Below are positions 63,404 through 64,000 of a DNA stretch of 64,000 nt, one piece after another. The DNA lies in assembly GCA_030324005.1 (NCBI GenBank), contig JARDVH010000193.1:26070346-26134345 (forward strand), given 5' to 3'. Position 1 is the first letter of the stretch, and each line of letters starts with the position of its first letter. The notes below the pieces were generated by a model that worked only from the letters and a program-made list of their open reading frames with translations, was not told the origin of the DNA and did not search any database. The stretch comes from Negaprion brevirostris (lineage: Eukaryota). A program made the translations under genes and the position numbers.

Positions 63404-63786
63404 CAGTATATGATCCTCTACTCAGAACACAATGGCTTCTGTGCATCTGGAACCAGGGAAATATAATTCATGCAACTAGCCAAGGTTGATTATTGGAGTC
63501 AAAGCAATNNNNNNNNNNNNNNNNNNNNNNNNNNNNNNNNNNNNNNNNNNNNNNNNNNNNNNNNNNNNNNNNNNNNNNNNNNNNNNNNNNNNNNNNNNNN
63601 NNNNNNNNTTGGAGTCAAAGCAAGAGTCAGGGAAAATCTGCTGAAATTTCCTTCGGGTGATTATAAAGTTAAAACAGTAGGAATGGATTGAATGGATTGA
63701 ATGGATGTTTTGGCGGCTAGCTTGAATGGCTTTTTGTTCTTTGTTGTCCTCTCATGCTTTCAAAAGATATATTTATATATACCACA

Positions 63787-64000
63787 GGGGCGGCACAGTG
63801 GCATAGTGGTTAGCGCTGCTGCCTCACAGCATCAGGATCCCAGGTTCAATTCTGGCCTCGGATCACTATCTGTGTGGAGTTTGCACATTCTTCCCGTGTT
63901 TGTATGGGTTTCCTCCCACAGTCCAAAGATGTGTGGGTTAGGTTGATTGGCCATGCTAAATTGATCCTAGTGTCGGGGGCTAGCAGGGTAAATGTATGCG
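63787..64000 (+). mobile_element. HE1-type V-SINE (runs off window)
   Basis: GGGGCGGCACAGTGGCATAGTGGTTAGC..GGTTCAATTC..GTTTGCACATTCT. Confidence 0.9.

Noticed and set aside
63493-63623. TTGGAGTCAAAGCAA duplicated across an N gap
   Set aside because: Could be a target-site duplication around a hidden insertion or a contig overlap. It cannot be resolved from this sequence.
63787-63860. tRNA-like A/B boxes
   Set aside because: These are SINE heads continuing into V-domain sequence, not tRNA genes.

Overview
Eukaryotic, AT-rich, CpG-depleted DNA from a gapped draft assembly. It is almost certainly a shark or other elasmobranch, inferred from many HE1-type V-SINEs with CR1/HER1 tails and Deu-domain SINEs. 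No intact protein-coding gene, rRNA, tRNA or CRISPR array can be supported. The window is intronic/intergenic and largely made of nested, decayed transposons: CR1 (two families), L2, RTE, Rex1/Babar, Penelope-like elements (PLE), a Gmr1-type Gypsy gag-protease, solo LTRs, PIF/Harbinger (transposase and a spliced Myb/SANT gene), a Tigger/pogo transposase and several SINE families. Items most worth follow-up: (i) minimal hammerhead-ribozyme motifs in PLE termini, including an inverted pair with one near-intact copy at ~46.1-46.6 kb; (ii) a ~1.15 kb decayed coiled-coil ORF of unknown origin at ~9.5-10.65 kb; (iii) V-SINEs with two alternative tails; (iv) a 33-bp minisatellite; (v) a perfect 16-bp hairpin; (vi) a CpG-retaining unique segment. 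Family assignments come from motifs recognised by eye, not from database searches, and boundaries are approximate.
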